Part shown: piece after piece, positions 31,354-41,811 of the stretch | Layout of the letters: each line of letters opens with the position of its first letter | How positions within the stretch are numbered: the first letter of the stretch is position 1 | Source: an uncultured delta proteobacterium | GTDB lineage: Bacteria > Myxococcota > Kuafuiibacteriia > Kuafuiibacteriales > Kuafuiibacteriaceae | Reading direction: 5' to 3' | DNA length: 64,000 nucleotides | Assembly: GCA_963803435.1 (NCBI GenBank) | Contig: CAWDML010000009.1 | Coordinates: 544,001-608,000, forward strand | The notes under the pieces: generated by a model | The model's database searches: none | The model's input: the letters and a program-made list of their open reading frames with translations, nothing else | Told to the model about the DNA's origin: nothing | Translations under genes and position numbers: made by a program

Positions 31354-32066
31354 ATGTGGCGCAGCTCCCAGCGCTTGGCCTTCTCGTAGTGCTCGAACCG
31401 CCGCTCGTCGACGAGGAACGCGGGCGTGTGGACGCAGCGGCGCCCGCCCTCGGTCTGCTCCACGCCGTGGACCTCGTGGAGCATCTCGTGGAACACCACC
31501 GAGGCCACGAAGTACTCGGGCACGAACGGCTGATCGAGCGCCGGATGGATGCGGATCAGCTTCTGCTCGTCGCAGTACGAGCCCATGCGGATGCTGCTTC
31601 GCCGCTGGTTCTTGAGCGCCCGCGTCCAGGTGATCCGCGCCGCGATCTTGGTGTCGAAGTAGCACTCGTTGAGGTCGTCGAAGATCATCTGGAGGTCGTA
31701 ACACTCGCCGCGGGGCAAGAGCGGCGGGTCGTCGTCCCGCGATCGCTTGATCAGGTGCCGGTTTGCTTCGATCCACTCGTCGATCATCCGGGCCTGACGC
31801 TTGGACGCGCGTCCTCGCACGAAGGAGCTGACGGACACGAGCACATCGTTGTCGGCGTCGGCGAAGATCGCGTGGAGGCGGACGTAGAGCACGCCCCGGC
31901 GCTCCTTGAACGAGATCATGGTGCTGCGGTTGTCGGTGAGTGTGACGATGACCTTCGGTCCGATGCGGTCGCGGAGCACCCGCTCCACCCGGACCTGGCC
32001 CCTTATCGAGACTTGGGCCGTGGGTTCGTTCGATTCCTTGGAGAATAGGAAGCCGAGCTGCCGCAT
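31332..32066 (-). CDS. SprT-like zinc metalloprotease
   Basis: FDDLNECYF, IRIHPALD, VVFHEMLH...HTPAF. Confidence 0.8.
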   Translation of the reverse strand: MRQLGFLFSKESNEPTAQVSIRGQVRVERVLRDRIGPKVIVTLTDNRSTMISFKERRGVLYVRLHAIFADADNDVLVSVSSFVRGRASKRQARMIDEWIEANRHLIKRSRDDDPPLLPRGECYDLQMIFDDLNECYFDTKIAARITWTRALKNQRRSSIRMGSYCDEQKLIRIHPALDQPFVPEYFVASVVFHEMLHEVHGVEQTEGGRRCVHTPAFLVDERRFEHYEKAKRWELRHIHKLLKY

Positions 32067-32138
32067 CCCGCTCCTCTTCGTTTTACCCCGCCGATCGGCG
32101 GGCGCCAAGGTCGGGGCGATCCGTGCTACACCGGAGGC

Positions 32139-32693
32139 ATGTCGCCGGAGGCGAAGCGTGCGCTCCTGTTGGTCGCGAGGCAAAGCGTCGCAGCCGCCGC
32201 CCGCGGGTCGCACGGGCTCGATGCCGGTGATCTCCCGTCCGACGGATCGCTCGCCGCACACGGCGCAGCCTTCGTGACGCTGCACGAGAGAGACGGCGCG
32301 GTCCGGGGCTGTGTCGGCACCACCGCGGCGGTCCGGCCGCTGGTGGAGGTGGTCTCTGACATGGCGCGCGCGGCTGCGCTCCGAGATCCACGCTTCGCGC
32401 CGGTCGTGCCCGACGAGGTCGCCAACCTCGAGATCGAGATCTCGGTGATCGGCTCGCCGGAGCCGATCTCCGATCTCGAAGACGTCGTGATCGGGAGGCA
32501 CGGCCTGTTGATCCAGGGCCGAGGATGCCGCGGTCTTTTGCTCCCTCAGGTCGCCTCCGAGCGCCGCTGGCCCGCGAACACCTTCGCCGAGCAGACGTGC
32601 AGCAAGGCGGGCCTCGACACCGAGGCCTATCTCGACTCGGACGTCGATGTATTCCGCTTCGAGGCCGAGGTCTTCAACGAGCGGGACGCTTGA
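32139..32693 (+). CDS. amrA: AmmeMemoRadiSam system protein A (AMMECR1 family)
   Basis: AFVTL, VRGCVG, AAALRDPRF, IGRHGL, GLLLPQVA, FEAEVF. Confidence 0.9.
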   Translation: MSPEAKRALLLVARQSVAAAARGSHGLDAGDLPSDGSLAAHGAAFVTLHERDGAVRGCVGTTAAVRPLVEVVSDMARAAALRDPRFAPVVPDEVANLEIEISVIGSPEPISDLEDVVIGRHGLLIQGRGCRGLLLPQVASERRWPANTFAEQTCSKAGLDTEAYLDSDVDVFRFEAEVFNERDA

Positions 32694-33945
32694 CGTTCTG
32701 CCGCTGGGTGAGCCCGTCGACCGGTCGCATCAGGGCGGCCTTGAGCGCCGGGAAGAGCGTCGCGATCGTCGCCAGGAGCATCGCCCCTGCCACCACGATG
32801 ACGAGCTCGATCGGACGCACCACGATCGGCAGGTTGTCGAGGTAGTAGACCCGCGGATCGAGCTTGAGCCCGTACTGCTGGAGCACGGCGCAGAGCGTCA
32901 GCCCGACGGCCACCCCCAGCCCGCACCCGATGAGGCCCACGATCTGGCCGTCGAGGATGAAGATGGTCAGGATCGACCGGTTGGTGGCGCCGAGCGACTT
33001 GAGGATCGCGATCTCGCGTCCTTTCTCCAGGATCAGGAGGATCAACGTCGCCATGATGTTGAACGCGGCGACCACCACGATGATGAAGAGGACGATGCTG
33101 ATCAGCAGCTTCTGCGAGCGCACCGCGCCGAATAGGCCCTGGTTGGTGCGCGACCAGTCCTTGACGTCGTAGGCGCGCGGATCCTTGGGATCGAGCCGCT
33201 CGGTGGCGGCCATCGTCACGTCGTATGAGGTGAGCGGATTCTTGGTCCAGATCTCGAGCCCGGTGACCGTCTTGTAGAGCCGGAAGAAGTCCTGGGCCTC
33301 GCGCAGATCGATGAACACCATCCGCGAGTCGAACTCGTACATGCCGGACTCGAAGACCGCCGCGATCCGGAAGTCGACGGTCTGGGCGTCGCCGTCGCTG
33401 CCGCCGTAGGGCGAGATGATGGTGATCGCGTCGCCGACGCCGACGTGCAGCGACTCCTGGAGCTCCTTGCCGATCAGGATGCTCGGGACCCGCGGTCGCT
33501 TCGAAGCCACCGTGGACGAGTCGGCCATCAGCTTCTCGAACCCGATCTTCGGGAGGTAGCGCGCGAGCGGGGAGGTGGCGCTGACCTTCGGGTCGATCCC
33601 CTTGATCGCCACACCCTGGACGCCGCTCGGGCTCTGCGCGATCACCTCGCTGTAGACGAAGGGCGCGGCGTGCTCGATGTCGGGATCCTGGAGCAGCTTC
33701 TTCGCGACCTCGCGATGGTTGCGGAAGACGTCGTGGCGCTTGAGCACGATCGCGTGCGCATTGATCCCGAGGAGCTTCTCCAGGAACTCGGCCTCGAACC
33801 CGTTCCAGACCGAGGTCACCACCGTCAGCGCGGCCACCCCGACCATCACGCCCGTCACGGTGAGGAACGTGGGCAGGGAGACGCCGGCCTTCCGCCCCGC
33901 GCGCATGTATCGGAGCGCGATCGCGATCTCGAATGGGAGCTGCAC
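32674..33945 (-). CDS. Lipoprotein-releasing ABC transporter permease (LolC/E family)
   Basis: IALRY, GVAALTVVTSVWNGFE, FESGMYEFDS, EIAILKSLGA, YYLDNLP, ATLFPA. Confidence 0.9.
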   Translation of the reverse strand: MQLPFEIAIALRYMRAGRKAGVSLPTFLTVTGVMVGVAALTVVTSVWNGFEAEFLEKLLGINAHAIVLKRHDVFRNHREVAKKLLQDPDIEHAAPFVYSEVIAQSPSGVQGVAIKGIDPKVSATSPLARYLPKIGFEKLMADSSTVASKRPRVPSILIGKELQESLHVGVGDAITIISPYGGSDGDAQTVDFRIAAVFESGMYEFDSRMVFIDLREAQDFFRLYKTVTGLEIWTKNPLTSYDVTMAATERLDPKDPRAYDVKDWSRTNQGLFGAVRSQKLLISIVLFIIVVVAAFNIMATLILLILEKGREIAILKSLGATNRSILTIFILDGQIVGLIGCGLGVAVGLTLCAVLQQYGLKLDPRVYYLDNLPIVVRPIELVIVVAGAMLLATIATLFPALKAALMRPVDGLTQRQNVKRPAR

Positions 33946-34023
33946 CCGGACCGAGTAAAACGACGATCACGCGATTTGTCGACCTTGCCTTGCGTGCGCC
34001 GATCGAGGTTTGACGGTTGAAGC

Positions 34024-35061
34024 TTGGAGACGCTCGCCGCCTACGCCGCCGCCATCCTTGCATTGGGCATCCTGATCATGCTGCACGAGGCCGGCCACTT
34101 CCTGGTGGCGCGGTGGAGCGGCATGAGCGTGAGCCGCTTCTCGATCGGCTTCGGCCCGGCGCTGGCCAAGCTGGAGTCGAAGGGGACCGTCTACCAGATC
34201 GGCGCCATCCCGCTGGGCGGCTTTGTCCAGATCGATGGGATGAGCCCGCAGGACGGGACCGACGCCTCCTCGCCGGCGAGCTACCGCAACCGGCCGTACC
34301 ACCAGCGATTCGCCACCATCCTCGCGGGTCCGATCGCAAACTACGCCATCGGGTTCGTGCTCCTGTTCGTCTTTTTCGCCGCCTTCAACTACGAGCCGCT
34401 CCCCCCGGTCCGCGTCAGCAAGGTCGCCGACGGGTCGCCTGCCGCGCGCGCTGGGCTGGAGGTCGGCGACCTGATCGTCGGTACCTCGAGTGCCGCGTTC
34501 GCGGCCGTGGACGATCTCGTGGGCGCGATCCAGTCGAGCGGCGGCGCCCCGATCACCTTCGAGGTCGAGCGGGGCGGCGCGCGCCGGGAGGTCGTCCTGG
34601 TGCCCAGCTCGGCGGACGGGGCGCGCTGGCTGATCGGGATCAACTACGACGCCGCCCGGAAGGTTCTCCGCCCGCTGTCGGTCCGCGAGAGCGCCGTCCG
34701 CGCGGGCGGCGAGCTCTGGCCGGTCTCGAAGGGTCTCTTCATGGCGTTCGTGTCGCTCCTCAAGCGGGACGGCAGCGTCGAGGTCAGCGGTCCGCCCGGC
34801 ATGGTCCGGGATCTGTCGGGCCGGCTGAGCCGCAGCTTCGGCGACGCCCTCGCCGAGATCGCGCGCATCTCCATCATGCTCGGCTTCTTCAACCTGCTCC
34901 CCATCCCGGGGCTCGACGGCTCGCGGCTCATGTTTCTGCTCCTCGGGATGGTCCGGCGGCGCGACGTGAACCCGAAGGTGGAGGCCGCGGTCCACGCCGC
35001 CGGAATCCTGTTGCTCCTCGGGCTGATGGTCGTCGTCTCCATCGGCGATCTTTTGGAGTAA
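34024..35061 (+). CDS. rseP: Site-2 intramembrane metalloprotease (M50) with a PDZ domain
   Basis: HEAGH, FSIGFGP, IPLGGFV, AGPIAN, SPAARAGL, NLLPIPGLDG. Confidence 0.9.
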   Translation: METLAAYAAAILALGILIMLHEAGHFLVARWSGMSVSRFSIGFGPALAKLESKGTVYQIGAIPLGGFVQIDGMSPQDGTDASSPASYRNRPYHQRFATILAGPIANYAIGFVLLFVFFAAFNYEPLPPVRVSKVADGSPAARAGLEVGDLIVGTSSAAFAAVDDLVGAIQSSGGAPITFEVERGGARREVVLVPSSADGARWLIGINYDAARKVLRPLSVRESAVRAGGELWPVSKGLFMAFVSLLKRDGSVEVSGPPGMVRDLSGRLSRSFGDALAEIARISIMLGFFNLLPIPGLDGSRLMFLLLGMVRRRDVNPKVEAAVHAAGILLLLGLMVVVSIGDLLE

Positions 35062-35064
35062 CGC

Positions 35065-35093
35065 TTGACAAGGGCTGTGGTTCACGCGATTCA
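35065..35093 (+). promoter_or_regulatory. Putative sigma70 promoter of the rpsP operon
   Basis: Perfect TTGACA at 35065-35070, weak -10 (GATTCA) 17 nt later; GGAGG RBS before rpsP. Confidence 0.45.
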
Positions 35094-35120
35094 CCCGCTT
35101 CCTTTGGAGGAGTGCGCTTA

Positions 35121-35468
35121 ATGCTTACCCTGAGGCTCGCGCGGGCGGGCACCAAGAAACGGCCGGTTTATCACCTCATTGCGGCGGACAGCCGCGCGCG
35201 TCGCGACGGTCGCTTCATCGAGAACCTCGGCTACTACATCCCGGGCCGAAACGTCCTCGTCCTCAAGCAGGACCGGGTGGAGTACTGGATGGGCGTCGGG
35301 GCCGTGGTCAGCGAGACCGCCCTTCACCTGATCCAGAAGAGCAAGCGGCACGGCAACGTTCAGCCGGCCCCCAAGCCCAAGTATCAGGCCCCGCCGAAGG
35401 CGGAAGGGGCCGAAGCGGCCAGCCCACCGCCCAAGGCGCCCGAGAACGCGGTCGAAAAAAGCGAATAG
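35121..35468 (+). CDS. rpsP: 30S ribosomal protein S16
   Basis: MLTLRLARAGTKKRPVYHLIAADSRARRDGRFIENLGYY. Confidence 0.97.
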   Translation: MLTLRLARAGTKKRPVYHLIAADSRARRDGRFIENLGYYIPGRNVLVLKQDRVEYWMGVGAVVSETALHLIQKSKRHGNVQPAPKPKYQAPPKAEGAEAASPPPKAPENAVEKSE

Positions 35469-35480
35469 CAGGCGCTCTCG

Positions 35481-35711
35481 ATGAAGGACTTGATCGAATA
35501 CATCGCGAAGGCGCTCGTCGACGCACCGGATGCCGTCGAGGTGACCGAGTTCGGCGACGACGAAGCGTCCATCATCAAGCTCAAGGTCTCGAAAGAGGAT
35601 CTGGGGAAGGTGATCGGCAAGAAGGGCCGGACTGCGAAGGCCATGCGGACGATCCTCTCCGCCGCCGCCATGAAGGTTCAGAAGCGCTCCACCCTCGAGA
35701 TCATCGAGTAG
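35481..35711 (+). CDS. khpA: KH-domain RNA-binding protein
   Basis: YIAKALVD, DLGKVIGKKGRTAKAMR; conserved position between rpsP and rimM. Confidence 0.95.
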   Translation: MKDLIEYIAKALVDAPDAVEVTEFGDDEASIIKLKVSKEDLGKVIGKKGRTAKAMRTILSAAAMKVQKRSTLEIIE

Positions 35712-36227
35712 GTGGCCTACGACTACTGCATCGGTCGCATCCTCCGCGCACATGGGTTGCACGGAGCGGTGACCGTGCAGCTGTTCCGCCCGCGGGACCT
35801 GACCGGCCACCGACCCGAGAAGCATCGAGAGAAGCTCGCCCTCGGCGAGGTCGAGCACACGATCCGCTCCGTCGAGCCCGTCGGCCCCGACCGCGCCCGG
35901 GTGCGCTTCGAGGGCGTCGAGGACCGGGATGCGGCCGACCGGCTCGAGGGCGTCTACGTGTACGTCGATCCGGCGGTACCTCCCCGCGCGCTCACCGATG
36001 ATCTCGACCGTCTCTTCGGCGCGGACGTCGTCGATCGGAGCGGGGCGCCCATCGGGGAGATCGTCGACATCCGCGACAACGGCGCCCAGCCGCTCCTGGT
36101 GGTGGGCGAGGAGGAGATCCTGATCCCGGCCCCGTTCCTCGTGGAGGTCCGAGCCGGGGCGAGGACGACCGCGGTGGTCGATCCGCCCGAGGGCCTGCTC
36201 GAACTCGCGCGGGCCGATCGGGACTGA
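35712..36227 (+). CDS. rimM: Ribosome maturation factor RimM
   Basis: IGRILRAHGLHGAV, FEGVEDRDAADRL, EILIP, VDPPEGLL; synteny. Confidence 0.9.
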   Translation: MAYDYCIGRILRAHGLHGAVTVQLFRPRDLTGHRPEKHREKLALGEVEHTIRSVEPVGPDRARVRFEGVEDRDAADRLEGVYVYVDPAVPPRALTDDLDRLFGADVVDRSGAPIGEIVDIRDNGAQPLLVVGEEEILIPAPFLVEVRAGARTTAVVDPPEGLLELARADRD

Positions 36228-36228
36228 C

Positions 36229-37440
36229 ATGCGCATCGATCTGATCACGCTCTTCCCCGAGCTCTTCCAGGGTCCGCTCGCGGCGGGCTTGGTCGGCAAG
36301 GCGATCGGGTCGGGCCTGGTCGAGATCGGCTACGTCGATCCGCGCGCGTACACCCACGACGCGCACCGGACCGTCGACGACGCACCGTACGGCGGCGGCG
36401 GCGGCATGGTGATGAAGCCCGAGCCGCTCGCCGCCGCGATCCGCGAGGCCAAGGGCCGCGGCCCCGGTCCGGTCCTGCTGATGTCGCCGCAGGGCCGCCG
36501 GCTGGCGCAGCGCGACCTGGTGCGCTGGGCCGGCCTCGAGCACCTCATCCTGGTCTCGGGACGGTACGAGGGCTTCGACGAGCGCGTGCGCGGCCTCTGC
36601 GACGAGGAGATCTCGCTCGGCGATTTCGTGCTGACCGGCGGCGAGTACGCGGCGCTCGCCATCGCCGACGGCGTCATCCGGCTCCGGCCGGGCACGCTCG
36701 GGAACGAGACCTCGCCGCTGACCGACAGCTTCTTTGCGGGCCTCCTCGAGCATCCCCACTACACGCGCCCGCCGACCTTCGAGGGCACTCCCGTGCCCGA
36801 GGTGCTGCGCTCCGGCGATCACGCGAAGGTCGAAGAGTGGCGACATCGCGAGTCGCTGCGGCGCACGCTGCTGCGCCGTCCTGATCTGCTGGTCGAGCGG
36901 GGCACGACGGAGGAGGAGCGGTGCCTCCTGTCCGGCTTCGGGCGGCCGGTGCCCGACGTGGTGCTGGTGGTCGGCTTCGCGGCGCCGCCAGCGGCGCAGG
37001 CCCTCGAGGATCTGGCCAGGCTGGCGGCGGCGTTCCGCATCGAGGCGCACCTGGTCGGCCCGGTCGATGACGCCCTCGGCAGCGCGCGCACGTTCGAGGT
37101 GCCACTGCCGCTGCCGAACGCCGAGCGCCGGAGGCTCGCGCGGAAGCGGCAGCCGGCCCCGACGTTCGTCGTCGATCCGCGCCGTCTCTGCCGCCCGCTC
37201 GCGGATCCGTCGGCCCTCACGGGTCTCCGGGTCGCGGTGACCACGAAGGGAGAGGCGCCGGTGGTGGGGCCGTCGGCGCTGAGGGCTCGCAGCGAGCGGA
37301 TCGCGCTGCTCCTCGGCCCGACCGGCCTCGCGCCCGCGCTGCGCCTCCCGCCGCTGCGGGCGGCCGCCGAGGTCCAGGATCTCCCCATGTTGGCGGCGGC
37401 GGCGATGACGCTGGATCGCCTGCTGGGCGAGGGCGGCTGA
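36229..37440 (+). CDS. trmD: tRNA (guanine-N1)-methyltransferase TrmD with a C-terminal extension
   Basis: ITLFPE, VDDAPYGGGGGMVMKPEP, GRYEGFDER, SLGDFVLTGGE, LLEHPHYTRP. Confidence 0.95.
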   Translation: MRIDLITLFPELFQGPLAAGLVGKAIGSGLVEIGYVDPRAYTHDAHRTVDDAPYGGGGGMVMKPEPLAAAIREAKGRGPGPVLLMSPQGRRLAQRDLVRWAGLEHLILVSGRYEGFDERVRGLCDEEISLGDFVLTGGEYAALAIADGVIRLRPGTLGNETSPLTDSFFAGLLEHPHYTRPPTFEGTPVPEVLRSGDHAKVEEWRHRESLRRTLLRRPDLLVERGTTEEERCLLSGFGRPVPDVVLVVGFAAPPAAQALEDLARLAAAFRIEAHLVGPVDDALGSARTFEVPLPLPNAERRRLARKRQPAPTFVVDPRRLCRPLADPSALTGLRVAVTTKGEAPVVGPSALRARSERIALLLGPTGLAPALRLPPLRAAAEVQDLPMLAAAAMTLDRLLGEGG

Positions 37441-37498
37441 CGTTTTTCCTTGACCGCGGGGCCGCCCGCGACGAGAACCACGCCTCCGGAGCGCACCC

Positions 37499-37870
37499 AT
37501 GAACGGCGTGATCGACCGAATCGAATCGGCCTACCTGAAAAAGGACCTGCCCCACATCCAGATCGGGGACACCGTCCGTGTCCACACGAAGATCAAGGAG
37601 GGCGAGAAAGAGCGCATCCAGATCTTCGAGGGCATCGTGATCCGGTGGAAGAAGGGCGGCATCTCCTCGTCCATCACCGTTCGCAAGGTCTCGCACGGTG
37701 TCGGCGTGGAGCGTATTTTTCCGCTCCACACGCCCACCGTCGACAAGATCGAGGTCAAGTCGCACGGCCAGGTGCGGCGCGCGCGGCTGTACTATCTCCG
37801 CAATCTCTCCGGCAAGGCAGCGCGCATCAAGGAGCGCTCCAGCACCGGCCCCAAGCGCGACAAGGCGTAA
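37499..37870 (+). CDS. rplS: 50S ribosomal protein L19
   Basis: [42 protein letters not shown]. Confidence 0.97.
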   Translation: MNGVIDRIESAYLKKDLPHIQIGDTVRVHTKIKEGEKERIQIFEGIVIRWKKGGISSSITVRKVSHGVGVERIFPLHTPTVDKIEVKSHGQVRRARLYYLRNLSGKAARIKERSSTGPKRDKA

Positions 37871-37977
37871 GTCCCGGGCCCGCTTGCCTCCTCCGAGCTG
37901 CGTCGAGGTACGAGACGCACCGACGTCACGATGTGACGTCGACTCTGTCCCAATGGTAAGAGCTGAGACGGAACGAC

Positions 37978-40356
37978 ATGTTCGTCGTCGAGCTCGCACT
38001 GCAGGGGATGAGAGGCTTCCCACCCCTGGTGCGGATGGAGCTGAAGCCGGGCCTCAACGTCTGGCGCTGCCCCGACTCCGCCCTCCGGTCGTCGTTGATC
38101 GACGCGACCTACCACGCGTTCTTTCCTGATCCCTCCCGCGGGAGCGCGACCGCCCATCTGGTCGGCGGCGACCCGTCGCGCATCGCGGTGACGTTCTTCG
38201 GCCGCGACAAGATCACGTATCGCATCCTCCGAGACGCCGCGAACGGCGCCACCAAGCTCTACAAGTTCGAGAACGACAAGTACCAGATGTTCACCAACGT
38301 CGCGCAGGAGGCGGCGCAGTACCTCAGGGTCCAGCAGCGGATCCCGGACGAGGTCGGCTACGAGCGGCTGTTCGTGTTCAGCCCGCAGACGATGCCGTCG
38401 CGCGGCGCCAAGGCGCGGAGCCGGAGCGGGGCGCTGATCGTCGCGCCCACCCAGGAATGGGCGCCCTCGGGGCCGGGGATGCCGCAGGAGGGACCCATGT
38501 TCGGCGCCCCCCCGCGGATGATGAGCAACGCCGGGCCGCCGTCGTCGCTCCCGCGCAGCGTGTCGGGCTTCGGCTCGTCGATGAACATGACGAACGCGCT
38601 GGTGCTGTCGGAGATCGAGGCGTCGAGCCAGCGGGGCGCCGAGCCGGCCCCGGAGGCCCCACCGATCGACCTGGAGGAGAAGAAGGCGCAGCTCATCGAG
38701 CTCCGCAACGAGTTCCAGGCGGCGCAGCGGGCCGAGCAGGCGCAGGCCGAGCTGGATCAGCTGAACCTGCGGCGCTTCGAGCTGACCGAGAAGGCCGAGC
38801 GGGTGAAGAAGATCGAAGGCGAGCACCGGCGGCTCACCGAGCTCTACGAGAAGTCGTCGGACCTTCGCGCCCTTCCGCTCGGCTTCGCCACCCGCATCGA
38901 GCGCTTCGAGGAGCTGGAGAAGAAGCACGTGGCGGAGCGTACCCGCGCGTACGAAGAGGTCTCCGCCCTCGACCAGGAGGTGCGGGCCTTCTCGGTGGTC
39001 GCGCTCAACCGGGATCCGTACTTCGTCGGCGGGATCCTGGCGGCGGTCGTGGTCGTCGCGCTGGCGATCCTCCTGCCGATGCCCGCGCTCGCCTGGCTCA
39101 ACGTGCTGGCGATGGTCATCGCCGCCGGCGGTGCGTTCCGGTACGTGGGCGACCTCGAGCAGAAGCACAAGCTGGGGATGCGCCATCGCAGCGCCGGCGA
39201 TCGGCTGGAACGCATCGAGCGCCAGCACGGCGACGACACGCGGGCCGCGCGCGATCTGATGCAGAAGCTCGAGATCAGCAGCCCGACGGAGCTGCTCGAA
39301 CGCGTGCGCGGCTACGAGAAGCTCCAGGGACAGATCCGGGTCGCCGAGGAGGCGCTCCGCCAGCTGATGGGCGATCCGGAGATCGCGGCCGCGAAGACCG
39401 AGCTCGATCAGCTCAACCTTCGCGTCGAGGTCCTGGAGAGCGAGATCCTGGGCGCCACCTCCGTCGTCTCCGCCGACACCCTGTCGAAGCGGATCCGGGC
39501 CCTCGAGCTGGAGCTGGGGCCGAACGCGCCTTCACCCGAGATCGTTCGGCCGCCGCCCCAGCGGCGCACCTCCTCGAGCTTCTTTCCCCCGCCGGATGTC
39601 CTCCCGCGGGCCGACAGCACGCTCTCGGCGGATATCCCGGTGGTGCCGCCCTTCACCGAGTCCGGACAGACCGCGCCCGCCCCGGTCTCCTCCACCCGGG
39701 TCTCGGTGCGCCCGGCCCAGGTCCAACGGGTCACGGACGACGAGGATGGCTACGGGTCGGGATACGGCGGCAAGAAGGGACCGAGCCGAGGCGGCGGCGC
39801 CGGCTTCTCCTCCTCGAGCCCCGGGTGGTTCGCGATCGGCTACGGCGGCCCGCCCGGCGCGCGGGGCGGCAGCGGCCTGGGCGGGTACGGAGGCTACGGC
39901 GAGGACTCGGGCGGCGCGATGGCGGCCGATCGATCGCGCGATCTGTTTCATGTCGCGATCGATCTGCTGTCGATCGAGGTCGACGATCTGGCGCAGCGGA
40001 TCGGCGTGCGGCTCGGGCAGTACCTGACCGCCTTCACCGACAAGACGTATCGGGAGGCCCGCTTCGGCGCGCGGGGCGAGCTGACCGTGATCGACCCCGA
40101 GGGCGAAGAGGTCCGGTACGGCGAGCTCACCGACGAGACGCTCGACATGGTCGACTCGGCCCTCCGCTTCACGCTGATCGAAGCCTGCCTCACTCAGGTC
40201 CGGATCCCGGTCTTGTTCGACGATCCCTTCAAGAGCTTCCCGCCGAAGAAGCGGAAGCTCCTCGGCCAGATGCTCGGCTACCTCGCGAACACCACCCAGG
40301 TGGTGGTCCTGACCGAGCAGGACGACATCGGGGGCCACGAGCTCAGGATCGGATGA
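37978..40356 (+). CDS. SMC/Rad50-like coiled-coil protein with a degenerate ATPase head and two TM helices
   Basis: N-terminal [10 protein letters not shown]...LKPGLNV, long coiled coils, central TM pair, C-terminal PVLFDDPF and QVVVLT. Confidence 0.65.
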   Translation: MFVVELALQGMRGFPPLVRMELKPGLNVWRCPDSALRSSLIDATYHAFFPDPSRGSATAHLVGGDPSRIAVTFFGRDKITYRILRDAANGATKLYKFENDKYQMFTNVAQEAAQYLRVQQRIPDEVGYERLFVFSPQTMPSRGAKARSRSGALIVAPTQEWAPSGPGMPQEGPMFGAPPRMMSNAGPPSSLPRSVSGFGSSMNMTNALVLSEIEASSQRGAEPAPEAPPIDLEEKKAQLIELRNEFQAAQRAEQAQAELDQLNLRRFELTEKAERVKKIEGEHRRLTELYEKSSDLRALPLGFATRIERFEELEKKHVAERTRAYEEVSALDQEVRAFSVVALNRDPYFVGGILAAVVVVALAILLPMPALAWLNVLAMVIAAGGAFRYVGDLEQKHKLGMRHRSAGDRLERIERQHGDDTRAARDLMQKLEISSPTELLERVRGYEKLQGQIRVAEEALRQLMGDPEIAAAKTELDQLNLRVEVLESEILGATSVVSADTLSKRIRALELELGPNAPSPEIVRPPPQRRTSSSFFPPPDVLPRADSTLSADIPVVPPFTESGQTAPAPVSSTRVSVRPAQVQRVTDDEDGYGSGYGGKKGPSRGGGAGFSSSSPGWFAIGYGGPPGARGGSGLGGYGGYGEDSGGAMAADRSRDLFHVAIDLLSIEVDDLAQRIGVRLGQYLTAFTDKTYREARFGARGELTVIDPEGEEVRYGELTDETLDMVDSALRFTLIEACLTQVRIPVLFDDPFKSFPPKKRKLLGQMLGYLANTTQVVVLTEQDDIGGHELRIG

Positions 40357-41740
40357 CCGCGAGGCCGGGGCGCTCGCTGATCGCCTCATGCCCGGACGAG
40401 TACTCGCCGGTGAAGCACGCGTTGCAGAAGGCCCGCTCGGGCAGTCGGTCGCCGACCGAGCGGTGCAGGCCGTCGGCGCTCAGATAGGCGAGGCTGTCCG
40501 CGGTCAGATACTCGCGGATCTCTGGGACCGTGTGGCTCGATGCGATCAGCTCCTCGCGGGTGGGCGTGTCGATCCCGTAGAAGCAGGGGTGCGTCGTCGG
40601 CGGCGAGGAGATCCGGAAGTGGACCTCCACGGCGCCGGCGTCGCGGAGCATCTTCACGATCTTTCGCGAAGTAGTGCCGCGGACGATCGAGTCGTCCACC
40701 ACCACCACGCGCTTCCCCGCCAACACCGAGCGCACCGCGGACAGCTTGAGCTTCACGCCGAAGTGCCGGATCTCCTGCTCGGGCTCGATGAAGGTGCGCC
40801 CCACGTAGTGGCTGCGGAGCAGGCCATGCCGGAAGGGCAGGCCGGAGGCCTCCGAGAAGCCGAGGGCTGCGGGCACGCCGGAGTCGGGCACCGGGATCAC
40901 CAGGTCCGCCTCGGCCGGCGCCTCCCGCGCCAGGTGCTTGCCCATCTCGTAGCGCGCCTCGTAGACGCTGCGCCCGAAGATCGTGCTGTTAGGACGCGCG
41001 AAGTAGACCAGCTCGAACACGCAGGCGCGACGCGGGCTGTTGGGCGCGTGGACCAGGCGCTCGCTCTTGAGGCCGTCGCCGTCGATACAGACGATCTCGC
41101 CGGGCTCCACCTCGCGGACCAGCTCGGCCTCGATCAGGTCGAGCGCGCAGCTCTCGGAGGCCAGCACCCAGCCCTGCCCGTGGCGCCCCAGGACCAGCGG
41201 CCGGAACCCCTCCGGATCGCGGAGGCCGATCATGCCCTCGGGCGTCATCACCAGCAGTGTGTAGGCGCCCTCCACCTGCGCCAGCGCCTCGCGGATCCGA
41301 TCCACGAACCGCTTGGCGCGGGAGCGGGCGATCAAGTGCATCAGCACCTCGGTGTCGCTGTGCGAGGAGAAGATCGCGCCGTCGCGCTCGAGGTCGGTCC
41401 GCAGCTCGTCGGCGTTCACCAGGTTGCCGTTGTGGGCCAGCGAGAGCGACCCCTTGATGGTCTCGATGGTGAACGGCTGGACCGCCTGGGCGCTCGGGCC
41501 CCCGGAGGTCGAGTACCGGACGTGGCCGATGGCGGCGGGGCCGTCGAGCTGCTCGAGCCGGTCCTCGGTGAAGATGTCGGCGACCAGACCCATGCCTTGG
41601 TGGCGGGCGAAGCGGTGCCCCTCCCGGGTGACGGACACGATCCCCGCGGACTCCTGGCCGCGGTGCTGCAGCGCGTGGAGGCCCAGATACGTCAGCTTTG
41701 CGGCCTCCGGATGGTTCCAGACGCCGAACACCCCGCACAT
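40343..41740 (-). CDS. purF: Amidophosphoribosyltransferase
   Basis: [53 protein letters not shown]. Confidence 0.97.
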   Translation of the reverse strand: MCGVFGVWNHPEAAKLTYLGLHALQHRGQESAGIVSVTREGHRFARHQGMGLVADIFTEDRLEQLDGPAAIGHVRYSTSGGPSAQAVQPFTIETIKGSLSLAHNGNLVNADELRTDLERDGAIFSSHSDTEVLMHLIARSRAKRFVDRIREALAQVEGAYTLLVMTPEGMIGLRDPEGFRPLVLGRHGQGWVLASESCALDLIEAELVREVEPGEIVCIDGDGLKSERLVHAPNSPRRACVFELVYFARPNSTIFGRSVYEARYEMGKHLAREAPAEADLVIPVPDSGVPAALGFSEASGLPFRHGLLRSHYVGRTFIEPEQEIRHFGVKLKLSAVRSVLAGKRVVVVDDSIVRGTTSRKIVKMLRDAGAVEVHFRISSPPTTHPCFYGIDTPTREELIASSHTVPEIREYLTADSLAYLSADGLHRSVGDRLPERAFCNACFTGEYSSGHEAISERPGLAVIRS

Positions 41741-41811
41741 CTTGGGAGGGATGACGCGCGGCCGCGCCGCCTCGGTCAACGGAAATCCGAGCCGCGTGAT
41801 AAATAGGGCGC

